In this document: piece after piece, positions 1 through 13,756 of the stretch | How the letters are laid out: each line of letters begins with the position of its first letter | How positions within the stretch are numbered: position 1 is the stretch's first letter | Source of the DNA: the human T2T-CHM13v2.0 reference genome, Homo sapiens | Reading direction: 5' to 3' (one strand) | Length of the DNA: 64,000 nucleotides | Assembly: GCF_009914755.1 (NCBI RefSeq) | Contig: NC_060929.1 | The notes under the pieces: generated by a model | What the model saw: only the letters and a program-made list of their open reading frames with translations | Databases searched by the model: none | Told to the model about the DNA's origin: nothing | Program-made: the position numbers and the translations under genes

Positions 1-575
1 ATTCCTGGGTTTTCAGCCCCGGTTTGGGCAGCTGCAGCTGTGCAAATGGGGGTGGGGGAATGGCGGCCAGGCTCCCGCCTGCTCCGTGGAGTGGGAGGCC
101 AGGATCTGCAGCCACGACTTGGGCGGCTGCAGTCCCACCCAGGAGGGCAGGGCTGTGTGCCTACTCCCGGCTCCTGAGAGCACGGGGGTGCCAGGGTTGC
201 AGCCTTGCCTTGAGCAGCCTGCTGTTGCAACTAGGGAGCTTCCATCCAGACAACTTGGAAGGGGCAGGGTTCATGCTTGTCCATGGCTTGCCCGGCTCCA
301 TGGAGCACCACACTCGGCTGTGCACCCTCACAGCCTGGGACAGTGTCTCCTTTTCCTTGCTGGGCCTGGGGCAGGGGCAACATTGCCCTGAGCTCCCCCT
401 GTGGCCCCAGCACTCATGGGTGGCCGGAGCTTCTCCCTCGCCCAGTGGCACAACCTGGCCTGGCCCCATCGCAGCGGCCTTGCTGGAGTGGGAGCTGTCT
501 GCCTCCTCCCCGTGCCCTCCCAGCAGTGGCCTGCATGATGGCAACAGTGCACCAGACAGCCCACCGCTGTCATCA
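1..575 (-). mobile_element. MER52-family ERV1 LTR, 5' part (cut by window edge)
   Basis: Reverse complement from 575 reads TGATGACAGCGGTGGGCTGTCTGGTGCACTGTTGCCATCATG, matching the recalled MER52 5' end; GC-rich with an abrupt switch to AT-rich DNA at 576. Confidence 0.75.
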
Positions 576-599
576 GTTTAACTTTAGCTTTTTATTTCA

Positions 600-680
600 A
601 TTTAGTCACATTGTGAATTAAGGCTTCAACATATAGATTCGGTGGGTGGGGATGGGGAAGACACAATTCAGCCAACAGTA
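600..680 (-). mobile_element. MLT1 (MaLR) LTR terminal fragment
   Basis: gtcacattgtg...cttcaacatatagatt...gacacaattcagcc resembles the MLT1A-D terminus. Confidence 0.5.
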
Positions 681-1399
681 ACCCTACACAGAATATCGTG
701 GCAGAATCCAGCTTCTGAATTATGGCATATTGGTGTGAATAAAACACATCAGCAGACTGTGTTAATCAGGTTTCACATTAACCGGCTATTGCTAACATCA
801 AAAATGATCAGCACAATTTGCTACACATTTTAGAAAAATACACGTCTTTCCATATTATAACCAGCAGAAATTCTTCATTACTGGTGACATAAGGTCTTTG
901 ACAAATGAAAGAGCTTTTCTGTATGAAAACTTAGGGCAAAGGAGGAAAAAAAGATAAAATATTATATATCTTTATTCATGTTTGTTTTACGCAGGATGTG
1001 AAAACATTTTGCCTTCAAACAGGTATCTGAATATATTTTTAAATGATTTTAGCACTTTTGAGGATAACTTGGAAAAGGTTTTATTCTAGAAAATTGAAAT
1101 AAAATGCACTTTAGTGATTTTAGTGACCTAAATTTGCTTTAGCAATTACAGTGATTACAGTGCCTGATGACTCTGTTAGCTTTGAGGACCAACTCTTACT
1201 CTCTTCTTTCTAGGTTGCTAGGGAAACCATTTAGGGAAGGAAAGGATGTTGAGAAGAGGCCATTGCTTTGCAACTTTCTTGCCTCATAATTAACTTAAAT
1301 GCAGGAAGATACAGCTGACAAAATTCTGCAAAGCTGTTAATTGAGCAAACTCAGGAGAAACTTGAGAATTACATAGACTTTCAATTATTTTTTTTAACA

Positions 1400-1865
1400 A
1401 GTAAACAAAGCCAAGACCTCCAGGAACACACCTGTGGTTAGGCAAGTTAGGTGAACACATACCAGGGAGAATCGTGGGTGTCTCAGGAGGAATGTTAAAA
1501 TGAACCTATTATAGGATTTGGATTTGGGTAAGTAATTCGGGGAGGTTCTAAGAAGTTTGCTCTGGATTAGATGTTGTTAGAAAGCTGGAGGTTGATGAGG
1601 TAAAAAAAAAAAATAGCAGTCACTCATTTAGCAGAGAGCAGGGAGTATATGCCATTCTCGGGTGGCACAGTGACCTTGTTTTTGTCTCTGCTTCAACAGA
1701 ATTATAAGGTGGCTTTGCTTTGTTTCACTCTGTCTTACTATAGTCTCAGAGTAACCTTGTCTGAGGTTCGTATTCTGATAATGTTTATGTCCAACAGGAG
1801 AATAGCCTGTTCCAGCTGTGAGTGTTAGGCCAACTTCTAGATGTCAGGAGACACTTTCCCCTCCA
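1400..1865 (-). mobile_element. ERVL-class LTR, MER76-like
   Basis: ccagctgtgagtgttaggccaacttctagatgtcagg and gtgaccttgtttttgtctc resemble the reverse complement of the element at 35560-36120. Confidence 0.55.
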
Positions 1866-1906
1866 CCTCAAATGTTACTTGCACAACATTCTGATGGATG
1901 ATATAA

Positions 1907-2263
<357 letters not shown>

Positions 2264-2381
2264 TCAATTTATTTTTTAAAAGTCTAACAACTGGATTTGA
2301 TTCTATTTTCTGTATTTCTACCTCCCATTTAATAAGCAAGTGTCAGAATTTTACAGGGCAATTAGAATAATTATAGCAACA

Positions 2382-2767
<386 letters not shown>

Positions 2768-4114
2768 TCAGGGACAACTAGGCATTTGTTGGGGCAATTG
2801 AGTTGGACATGTGCTTTGGTAGGTGAAGCTGAGTTGCACCAATGGACGTATAATTAGTAGAACAATTAAAACGCATTATTTCCCTATAAAAGGAGCCAGT
2901 AACATTGAGAATAATACACTCACATACACTCACCTAAAGACAGAAATAATGAACTGGACTTCAGTGTCTAGCACCACAGTCTGAACTTGCACCATCTGAC
3001 CCAGGGCCTCTGCATCCAAAGTACACAGAAAAGCGAAGTAAGTCAAGAACACATGAATTATCTGAACAATACTCAAGAACAGAATTAGGATTCCTCTCCA
3101 GTGGCTTTGGATCCCAAGTTGGCAAGCTCTTAGAGATGGAGTCCCACACTGACATGTGGAATGGTGAGCAAGTATTTATAGGGATTGGCTGAGGAGAGTT
3201 TTAGAAGTCACTGAAGGAGAAGAAAAATGTCCAGAGGGAACTTCAACTTGCTGCTCTAAGAGCTCTCAGGAACATCATAGAACAAGCAAGGGAGGAGGAA
3301 GGGGCGATCACTAAAGAGCTTATTAAACAAGGTCACTGTTGGAGAGCATGTGATTTGGGTCCAGAGATGGTGTTTGATGTACTGCCCACCGTGACCTCAG
3401 TGTGCAATGAGTACCTTAGTGTGTCTATGGCGTGTCTGTTTTCCACTCCATGAAGGCGCCCCCCGTTCATATTTCTCATGTAGATTTGTCCCCACATCCT
3501 TCCCCTTCCATAGAAAAGCCTTGTCTGCTGTCTCCAAAGCACCCTGAGCTTGCCTTTCTCCCAAATTTATTTTTAGGGTGTTTTAACTAAGTATGATTTT
3601 AATAAAAATAGTCAAACAAATGTTATCCTATGAAGTAGGCAAGAAATAACGTGTTTAAGTACATACAGGCTACTGTAGTCAAGAAGCAACTGACATTCAG
3701 GAGCACATCGGTCACCTGCAGTGTGGCCTTCCAAGACAATGCCTGGCCTCTGACTGCAGTCCTCAGTTGAATCAGGGAGCTCCATTTGTTAGACAGAAGA
3801 GACTTTTGAAACTAAGCCAGTAGCATCCTTATCCTTTTTGAAAGACAGGAAGAAAAGGAAATAATCTTTAAACTCACCACTGAACCATGGAACCTTCAGA
3901 TAGAAAGTACCTCCATAGGCCTGCATTTTACAGATACAGTGTGTGTGTGATTTGGGGGTAGAAGAGAGGCTTCAATCTCCCCAGAAAGAATAAAAAAGAA
4001 TCCAAGTTGTTTTCTTTTATTTAAATATTTAAAAATCTGTTTCTTGCTAATGTGCAATTTGCCACAAATCTAATTTGTGTCAATTCTGAGTTAATCAAAG
4101 AAGTTATAAAGTAG

Positions 4115-4411
<297 letters not shown>

Positions 4412-5014
4412 CCACTTTCTAATTAACAATGAATGTGAGTGAGAGATCTGAGGGTGCGTTTGTACGTTATTCTTATGGATACACATGAGCAGAAGATGTG
4501 CTAACTAAGCAAGGCTGAAAATAGGCATAAGCATATGTCAGCCTGTGGAATGATTTCATGTGTGTGTGCCTGGACATATGTATGGAGATACAGCTTTCAT
4601 CACACATGCTTGGATAGCATATTTACTTGTGAATTTCACAGTTTCTTATAAAAATTCATGTACAAAGAGAAATTATACCTAATTTAAGAATTTTGTTTTA
4701 CAACTTTGTTTCCAAAATGGTAATGTAAAATAGTCACTGAGATTATTCAGAAAAAAATCCAAACTTTACAGAAACATTTGGCATTGAGATGATGAACAAC
4801 AAAAAGATTGAAAAAGAAATTATTGTTATTCGTTGCCTGCTGGTATATGTAAGTTTCCTTACAACATGCATTTAGGAGTAATTCATAAAATTATTTTATT
4901 TAGTATGGCCTATGTTTACTGATTATATTTTTAAATTAAAAATGAATGTTGCTTTTATTTTTTAAAATAAGTTAGCCTGAAAGATCATAAATAGCACTTA
5001 AGAGTGTAGAAAAT

Positions 5015-5810
5015 ATGCAGTTGTAAAGATATGGAACATATCTAAGTCTCCATCAAACAACACGTGGATAAAGAAAATGTGTATATATACACCATGGATT
5101 ACTACTCAGTCATAAAAAGGAATGAAATAGTGTCTTTTGCAGCAACTTAGATGGAGCTGGAGGCCATTATTCTAAGTAACTCAGGAACGGAAAACCAAAT
5201 ATCATATATTCTCACACATAAGTGGGAGCTAAGCTACGAGGATGCAAAGGCATATGAATGATATAATGGGCTTTGAGGACTCAGGGAGGAAGGCTGAGAA
5301 GAGGGTGAGGGATAGAAAATTACCTATTGGGTACAGTGTAAATGCTCACGTGATGGGTGCACCAAAATCTCAGAAATCACCACTAAAGAACTTATCTATG
5401 TGTGTTAGCCTGTTTTCACACTGCTGATAAAGACACATCTGAGACTGGAAAATTTATAAAGAAAAAGAGGTTTAATGGACTCACAGATCCATGTGGCTGG
5501 GGAGGCCTCACAATCATGGCAGAATTTGAAAGGCACTCTTACACGGTGGCAGCAAGAGAGAATTTGTGCAGGGAAACTCCCCCTTATAAAACCATCATGT
5601 CTTATGAGACTTATTCACTATCATGAGAATGGCATGGTAAAGACCCACCCCCATGTTTCAATTACCTCCCACCAGGTCCCTCCTATGACACATGGGAACT
5701 GTGGGAGCTACAGTTCAAAATGAGATTTGGGTGGGGACACAGCCAAACCATATCACCCTGTAAACCAAAACTACCTGTACCCCCAAAACTATTGAAATAA
5801 AAATAAAAAT
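5015..5810 (+). mobile_element. L1PB-type LINE-1 3' end, interrupted by a THE1 LTR
   Basis: gtggataaagaaaatgtg...ataagtgggagctaagct...cagaaatcaccactaaagaacttatc; resumes at 5756 and ends ccccaaaactattgaaataaaaataaaa. Confidence 0.85.
5401..5755 (-). mobile_element. THE1B-like solo LTR (MaLR)
   Basis: tgtgttagcctgttttcacactgctgataaagac...gagatttgggtggggacacagccaaaccatatca; degenerate 5-bp TSD ctatg/ccctg. Confidence 0.9.
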
Positions 5811-6259
5811 TTTAAAAGGAGCATAGAAAATATTTATAAGGGAAAGGTTAAAGAAAACAATTTTGACTGCATTAACTTGAATTCAAGAATTCTGGAAATA
5901 TTTTACACAAAGCAATATAGTTCAAAGATTTAAATTTGTATTAAAAATAAGATTTAACAGAAGGAATATATTAAACTATAGCATTATTTTGTTTATCAAA
6001 TGTCCTCTTCAATCTTCAGCTAGAGAATAATCCATTTCATTGCTTAAGTCTTGATGCCTACCTATTTGGGGAAGAAACTGCTTCAGAGAAACTAAAGGAT
6101 AGACCTGGACCAGGGTAAAGAAAAGGCAGAAGCACCTCGAAATAATTTCTTAAAGTACAGTGTTGAATGATTAATTGTGACATGACATTTACTGGAAAAA
6201 AATATTGCAGTCTTTTGGAGCATATTTGCTGAAACACCTAGACCAGAGTATTTCATAAG

Positions 6260-6360
6260 TAGGGTGACAATATAATTTACAATTCAAACTGGCATGCTTT
6301 TGAGTGGGAAACAGCATTCTATATTTATGCCAGGACAGTGAAAAGTGTAAACCAGGACTT
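6260..6360 (+). mobile_element. hAT-Blackjack MITE (MER94-like) fragment
   Basis: tagggtgacaatataattta...ttttgagtgggaa...tgccaggaca...gtaaaccaggact. Confidence 0.5.
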
Positions 6361-8229
6361 ACTCCTCTTAGAATTAATCTTCAGACAAGCAACACTTAAT
6401 GATTTCCCTGATTTGATAGATCAATGATAACACAATTCTATGCAATACATTGAAGTTCTGTATAATGTATAATGAGGCATACCTTATTTGTGCAGCATTC
6501 ATGTGAATTGCATCTTTTAGGTGACAGATTTTCCTAGGTTTGAGGCTACACAAGTTTGCTTCTTTACCTTCATGATATTTTTGCTGGGGGAAGGGGGACA
6601 GCTGACAAACAAGAAGGGCCCACTAATCCATGGTAATTTTAAATATGTAAATTTAACCCAAATATTTTTAATAAGTTACTAATGAAACATGAGGAGCCTA
6701 CTCTTGGTCTTTGTTTTTATTTTATAGTCCTTCTTTCTCTTTGTGTTAAAGTCTGAGGATCTCTTACACAAATATATCTTATTCCCAATCTCCATTTGTC
6801 TTTATTTCACTTGTTCTGTGACTGCCACTTCCATTTATGAATCATCTGCATTAGTAAATGTAATCAGACCAGCGAGCACCTAGGGCAGATGCTTCACATT
6901 TCCAGGGAACTCTTGTGTGGACCCTGCCAAACAGGCTCTCACTGTCCTGGGACAGAGCCCAACAAAGTCACCCCAGCCTGGCTGTTATTTGGCTGGTGAG
7001 AGTCAGTGCCTGCTCACAGGGAGAGGTGCTGACCTCCACAAAACACTTCAAGTCAAGCAGAAATGATTTCTCCTTCAATTAAGCACAGAGAGAGGATTTT
7101 TATTTCTTCCAGGCAAATTATCTTTAATCACCAGAAAGTTAATGACTGTTTTTTTTTAAACCACAAGAGAGTTTATTTCACATCTTCAAAGCTTTTCAAG
7201 CCAGGAGAATTTAAGCCAATGTTTGAGTCTCCTTTATTTAAAAAATAGCTCATAAAATGATTTTATTGCAGTAAGAATACTTTTAGATACATGATAAGTA
7301 AGTGGATGTCATGTTAGATTATTTCAGTTGAGATTATGACCCTAAGAAGAGAAAAAACAGTGAAGTTCATTGTGAAAACTGGGGACAGATTAATACTAGT
7401 TTACTGACAAACAGAAAATAAATTAGGATCATTTGGGGTAGACAATACTAATGTCCATGTTGAGCTAGTAAAGACTGGTGAAACAATTGTTCAAAGTTCC
7501 CATTGATGAAGGGGTATAGTTCCCTCTTTTGAAGGCATACAGCTCAGTCTTCACTCAGGAGCTCAACTTTACATTCTAATTTGGAAATATGATTACTGTT
7601 TCCTCAATTTTCATTTTATTGAAGGCAAGTTTTACAGCATCTCTATTTTAGGTATCTCTATTTTAGGCATTAATCATTAAACATTTACTTCTTTATAGTA
7701 AACTCTCTTGTATAATCATTTAAAAAAGGGTTATTAACTGATTAACATTTTAAGGTATTAAAGCAGTATAGGTACATCCCTAAGCACATACATTTGTTTT
7801 TAAGAGAGATTTTGGCACAGAGAAGGGATCTGACTTTGAAACTTAGATTTATTACTAAACATATTATTTGGGGTTCCTGTTTTCTCCAGTGACACACCTG
7901 GACAACCCACTTTCTTCAGTAAATAACTAATTAAAAACAATTGAAAATAGGGTTTACAAAGAATTATGAAAGTCAAATTGTCAGTGTTCTCATCCTCAAT
8001 TCATTTAAAGCAGATTAATCTGTTGTTTTCTTTTGGATCATCAGTAATATAGTTTTCCCTTCTCTTCATTTAACAAGTTTTTTCATATTTCTGCTGCTTA
8101 TCAAGACCATTTGTCATATATTCATCCTAAAATTATTGATTGAGTGTGAACTATATTTAGGTTTTTAATAAAGTGCTGGGCACACAAATGAAAAAGGTGT
8201 CACTCTACTCATTAAGGAGTTCATAAAGC

Positions 8230-8728
8230 AGTCATTAATTAATTTATTCAAAAAATAGTATTGCTTAGCACTGTTCTTAGCTTTCAGGATAGATTGATGA
8301 ATAAAAGCCATAGAAATATAAGTGCTTTGTGGAACTTGCTTCATAGTAATGGGAGACAATTACAATCATCATGAAAATTTGAAAAGTATAGGGTATGTTA
8401 GAAATTGATAAGTGTTATGGAAAAAAATATGAGTTCAGGAATGCTAGATGGGGAGTGGCAATACTGAATATGTGCTCATTCAGAAAACGACACGTGAGCA
8501 AAAACTTAAAGGAGTTGAAGAATTTGACCAACTGGATACTGAATGGAAAAGCTTTACACATGGAGGGAAAAACAAATACAAATGTCTGGCATTTTACAAA
8601 AAGAATCAGAAAGCCAGTATGGCTAAAGCTTAGTGAATAGAATGAAGAGTAAAAGGGGAAAGTATCAAAGAGAAATTGGGAAGCCCAGGGGAAAGGTTTC
8701 AGGTTTTACCAAATTTGAAATAGGGAAC
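8230..8728 (-). mobile_element. L2 3' fragment
   Basis: tttattcaaaaaatagtattg...cactgttcttagc...gatgaataaaagc followed by purine-rich L2-like sequence. Confidence 0.5.
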
Positions 8729-9167
8729 TGGTTTAATCCATTTTGTATTGTTACAGCAGAATACCTGAGGCTGGGTAATTTATAAACAAAAGAAGTTTAT
8801 TTGGTGCATGATTCTAGAGGTTGGGAACTCCAGGACTGGGCCGCCTCTCTGGTCTCCTCCTGCTTCAACTCATGTTGGAAAGTGGAAGGGGAACAGGTGC
8901 ATGCAAAAAGACCACAAGGCGAGAGAAGAAGAAAGAGAGAGAAATTAAGGAAGCTAGACTCTTTTTAACATCCCACTTTCATTGGAACGATCTCATTCCT
9001 GTGAGAGGTAAAACTCACTCCTGAGGGAGGGCATTAATATATTTATGAGGCATCCACCCACCATGACCTAAAAACACCTTCCCTAGGGCCAACCTCTCAA
9101 CACTACCACATTGGGGATCAAATTCCAACATGCGTTTGGTGGGGCAAACCACATCCAAACCCTAGCA
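8729..9167 (-). mobile_element. MST (MSTB-like) solo LTR
   Basis: aatacctgaggctgggtaatttataaac...cacattggggatcaaattccaacatg...catccaaaccctagca; TSD ggaac/ggtac. Confidence 0.85.
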
Positions 9168-10207
9168 GGTACTATAGGTTTTAAGCAGAGGATTGACTAA
9201 GAGTTCTAACACTGTAGAGGTAAGTACCATAATTTAGGATGCTGATAAAAGAGTAACAAAGACCTAATGAAGTCTGGGGAAAACTGAAAATTCAATGGAG
9301 AATTAAAGGAGCAGCAGGAATTACCCAAGAGGCACAAAAAAACTAAAGTCAGAATTGATGTCATTTGTAAAGGAACAGAGGTAAGAGAGACCATGATACA
9401 TTTAGGAGACCACACACTGCTCCTTTATGGAGTGGTATACAAGTGAGGCAGTTGCAAGAGCTAAAGATGAAAAAGTAGACTGACTTTAGAGCAAAGGGGC
9501 CCATGAAGAGGAAGAAAAAAACAAAACTGAAAAAGCAAGAGTGAGCAGTGGATGTGCCTGACATTGCTCATGCTCTCCTAGTCCTTGAGGATAGCAGACT
9601 GGTCTGTAGTGCATAGATAGGTGCAACTATGCATGTGTAATGAAGAGTACGTTGTTATATGACCTATGGCCAACGGAGCAAGGTAGCATGTACGGTGTAG
9701 TAAAGCTTTATACCTGAACCTCAAATGTTAGATTTGAGTAACCTGGCTTCCAAGAGGGATGTTTCTGCACCCATTGAAAGATAGTTACTCATGCTGGACT
9801 TTCAGGACAATGTGGGTGGATTGTAAGAAGCTTAGTAAACTCTTATCCAAGACTTCCTGCAATTTGACAGGGCAGAATACCATCGCTGCCAACCAAGTGC
9901 ATTTGTCATGGGGAACAAGGGAGTCTAGAGGACCTGAGATCAGTGAATGTCCCACAGACTAAAGTAACTTGTAAACATCTTCTGAAGACACAGTCTTTGT
10001 GCCTACGTTACTCACTAAAACTTCTCTAAGACTGTTGCATCAGAGTATTCTTTATGTAATTCTTCCAATCCCATATTTTTAGGGATTAAATCAGAATACC
10101 ATTCCCACCAACCAAGTGCATTTTCCTTGAGAAGCAAGAAGAGATTCTATGGAGCAAGAAGAGATTCAAAGACAGCCCTCAAGTTGAAGGAGGGACACCA
10201 CGTTCTC

Positions 10208-10291
10208 TAAGGCTATGGGGCAAAAGGAGAGGTGCACGTGAACACAGTAAGGCTATCGGGCAAAAGGAGAGGTGCATGTGAACACAGTAAG
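10208..10291. repeat. 40-bp tandem duplication
   Basis: taaggctatggggcaaaaggagaggtgcacgtgaacacag twice, 2 mismatches. Confidence 0.9.
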
Positions 10292-10304
10292 CATTTCCAG
10301 GCAT

Positions 10305-10725
10305 CGTCTGGCTGACTGCACAAACGCTCCAATTCTTACTCTCTCCCTATATTCATGTCCTTTGACACATCACTGTGCAGAGCTCTACTACTCTGACTTT
10401 GACAGTGGAATTTGCTTTGGCCAACAGGATGACAGCAGACTTGACATAAGTCTTGGAAAAGTGCTTGTTTTTACGTGCTCTCTCATGCTGCTGCTCTTAC
10501 CAGGGGACACGCCCTAACCAGCTGCAGGGGAGAAAGTTGAGTCACCTCAATCATACCAACAAGACCACCATGGATCAGCCAAGTTGGAAGTGTTCACAGA
10601 TTCATGAGTAAACCTAGCCAGGATCAGCCAACCCACCACGATGAACACCACAAACCCATGAACAAAACAAATCTTTGTTAATGAATGCCTCTGAGGCTTG
10701 TGGTTGTTTGTTATGCAGTTGTTTG
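10305..10725 (+). mobile_element. MLT1H-like MaLR LTR
   Basis: ttgctttggccaacaggatg...ctagccaggatcagcc...tggttgtttgttatgcag. Confidence 0.65.
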
Positions 10726-11115
10726 TATGCTTCTAGGAAAGGGATGCTTTCAGTTAAGAAGAGTGATTTGAATGTGTCTACACTTAAGGTAAACATGCTT
10801 TGTTGTTCAAACCAGGACATTTTGGCCAACGAAAGCAGTAGTAGTGTTAATAATCACATATAAATAAGACTCTTTCAGGCAAAGTAGGATATATGGTAAT
10901 CCTATAACAACTTGAGAGCCTCTATTTCCCTTTAGGAAGAGGAGACAATGTCATATGATGAACATAAGAATGATAAGGCCAAGAAAGTCTGAAAAGTCGC
11001 ACCTGCAGCTCTGGAAAAATTAAGGTCACAGTCAAGTAGTAAGACAACCACAGTTTAAGATTTTATAGTTATGGCACTAAGAATTGTGAAAGGAATGGTT
11101 GCTGAAATGGAACTT

Positions 11116-11210
11116 GGTGGATGGGTGGGTGGGTGGGTGGATGGATAGATGGATGGATGGATGGATGAATTGATGAATGGCTGGCTGGATGGATGGGTGG
11201 TTGGATGAAC
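11116..11210. repeat. (TGGA/TGGG)n microsatellite
   Basis: Imperfect tetranucleotide array seen directly. Confidence 0.9.
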
Positions 11211-12990
11211 AGATAAATGACAGAAGGAAGATTGAAGGATTGAGTAGGTAAAGTGCCTAACAAGTTGCTGGTACTGGGAATTTTGGGGTTGGGCTCATAA
11301 CACTGGACAATGCCCAATACAAGAAATTCTGTTCCTCACAAATTTACAAATATCAGTGATGATGGTGAGTGACAGCCCCCTAGAGGCTTTTAGTCCAACT
11401 TAAAGTCTAGACACCCATTCCATAATGCTTTTCCCGTGGAAGAATTTATTAATGATTGGAAATAATACAGGCAGGTTCAGAGGTACACATGTGGCAGTGG
11501 AGCGGGGAAGCTGTGGCATGAATAAGAAGCACACACAAAAAAAGCTTCTGAAGTGAGAAGAGTGGGAGGGGAGACCAGGCAGATGTGAATGGAATGTTCA
11601 GGAAACCAACATGCTTATAGCTCTGGCAAAAGAAACGAGCCCCAAACTGAGCAAGTGCAGAAATGTAGGACCTGAACCAGTTATGACTGGTGCAGTGGCA
11701 TTTTCTGAGTGAGAAGATACTTCCAGACGAAAAGCATGGTTGGCGAAGCCAAATCCTTCCAAGAAGCCAGTTAAGATAATGACTTAAAAAATTCCTTGAG
11801 TTTTGTAGTTAGACCTTGTTCATATAGGGAGGATAGTTTCAGTTAAGTGATGGGGATCAGAAACTAAATGCAGAGGTATGGGCAGCAACTGGGATATTCA
11901 AAAGTTGTTAAAGGCAGTAGTTAAGATTACTCATCATTCTCAAGAAACTTGGATGTGAAGAGGAGACAGGTGATAGGATGGATTGCTTATTTCCTTTCCT
12001 GAGGATTTTATAGAAAAGAGACAATATTTCACTAAAAATGAGGAAACAAGAAAGACTTAAAGCTTCTTACTGCTTCTCATGGCACTTCCTGAACCCCTTT
12101 CCTTTAAGCAGCTCCATAAGTAACAAAATTTACTTCATCTCCATCTGCTAGACTCTTCTTCCTAGTTTCAGAGTTTGTTGAAAACTAAGAAAGAGAATAT
12201 GCCTTTTTTAACTTTCTTCACAAGAACAGCAACAACAACAAAACAGGTGAATTGTTTTTAGCTTGTTAGTTGTATTGCTTAAAAATTAAAATATTTGAGC
12301 ATGATTTTAAATTAATTAATAGGAAGTAGCCATTAGAGAAGTAGCTGCAGCAGCAAGAAGAGATAATCAAAGCAACGCATTCCTTGAGAAGAGAGCACAC
12401 AGAAAGAAATTGGCCATGGGCTGATAACAACGCTTCTTCCTCTGCACTGAGAGGTGAAAACATGCCGAGTCCATAGATGATGGTGGGTTATTTTGTTGGC
12501 TTCTGGGAACCTGGAAGGTGTCAAATGTCTCTAGAAGTACAAGACAAGAAAAGGCAGCTGATAATAAAAGGGACTAGAGAGGGTATAGGATTTCATTTCT
12601 TTCCCCATCCCCTTATCTTCACAATGTTCTACACATTCCCATGTAGGTAGCAAGTACTTCCATAGTAGATCCTGGGAGCCATAATAATTAGTTGTCTATA
12701 CCAAACATATTATTCCATCTTTTCTTGGGGCAAGGTAAATCCTCAATTTTTCAGGTATCTAACTCTCCCTCATATAGCTCTGGGGTAAATTTAGGTTTAA
12801 TTCAATTAAGAGGATCCTGTCCCTTTTGACGATAACTTGTGTAAGGGTAGGTGTGTAATGCCATGTCCAAGGAGATGTGAAGAATGGTCTGCTGGGGAGT
12901 TCTAGAAGTGAATTCACAGAAGAAAGATTTCCTCTTGCTTTGATGAATGTGGTACCTGAAACTGCACTATCACTTTGCATCCATGGGATG

Positions 12991-13254
12991 CAATCATGGC
13001 AAAAGGGAAGCAGGCACCTTCTTCACAAGGTGGCAGGAGAGAGAGAGATGCGTGAAGCCAGGAGAGCCCCTTATAAAACCATCAGATCTCATGAGAACTC
13101 ACTCACTATCAGGAGAACAGCATGGAAGAAACTGCCCCCATGATCCAATCACCTCCCTCCCTCGACACGTGGGGATTGCAAGTCTCTCCCTTGACACATG
13201 GGGATTACAATTGGAGATGAGATTTGAGTAGGGACACAGAGCCAAACCATAACA
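12991..13254 (-). mobile_element. THE1D/MSTA-type LTR, truncated
   Basis: aaaaccatcagatctcatgagaactcactcactatc...gggacacagagccaaaccataaca. Confidence 0.85.
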
Positions 13255-13756
13255 GAGTTTAAAGAATAGAAAGAAAAATAGATCTTCAATTTATGATAAA
13301 TTAACATTTAAGCTTAAACATATTATATTTTTTAATGTCTTTATTTCTATGATTCTGGAGATATAGTTTGTATTCTTTATATGAAAGAGCCATGTGGTAC
13401 CCTGCCAGACATAATTTCTCAGGATTAAATATGTATAATTTTGATTTGGTACCTCGTGTGAGCTCAGGTGATGAGTTAAGAGTTAAAATGCAGATGCACA
13501 AAACAGTTTATTCAGCATCCCAAAGGGAAAAAAAGACACTCCCAGTCCCCTTCGGCTGCAATATATATTTTCTGAAAATGCCCATATTCTCTCCACTGAA
13601 GTATGCCCACCAAAGGTAATTAAATGGCAAGTGTGCAGGACAGAGGCACCATCAGCAGTTCCCCATGATATCCTACATGGAGCCAAGATCTACACACATA
13701 TCCCTCTGGGTATTTTTACTTATTTTCCGATCTGTGGTATAAAGGTATTGTCAGAA

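Noticed and set aside
24-621. Overlapping 100-185 aa ORFs
   Set aside because: All lie inside a GC-rich MER52-type LTR
10132-10291. CRISPR-like repeat array
   Set aside because: Only two-copy tandem duplications without spacers, in eukaryotic DNA
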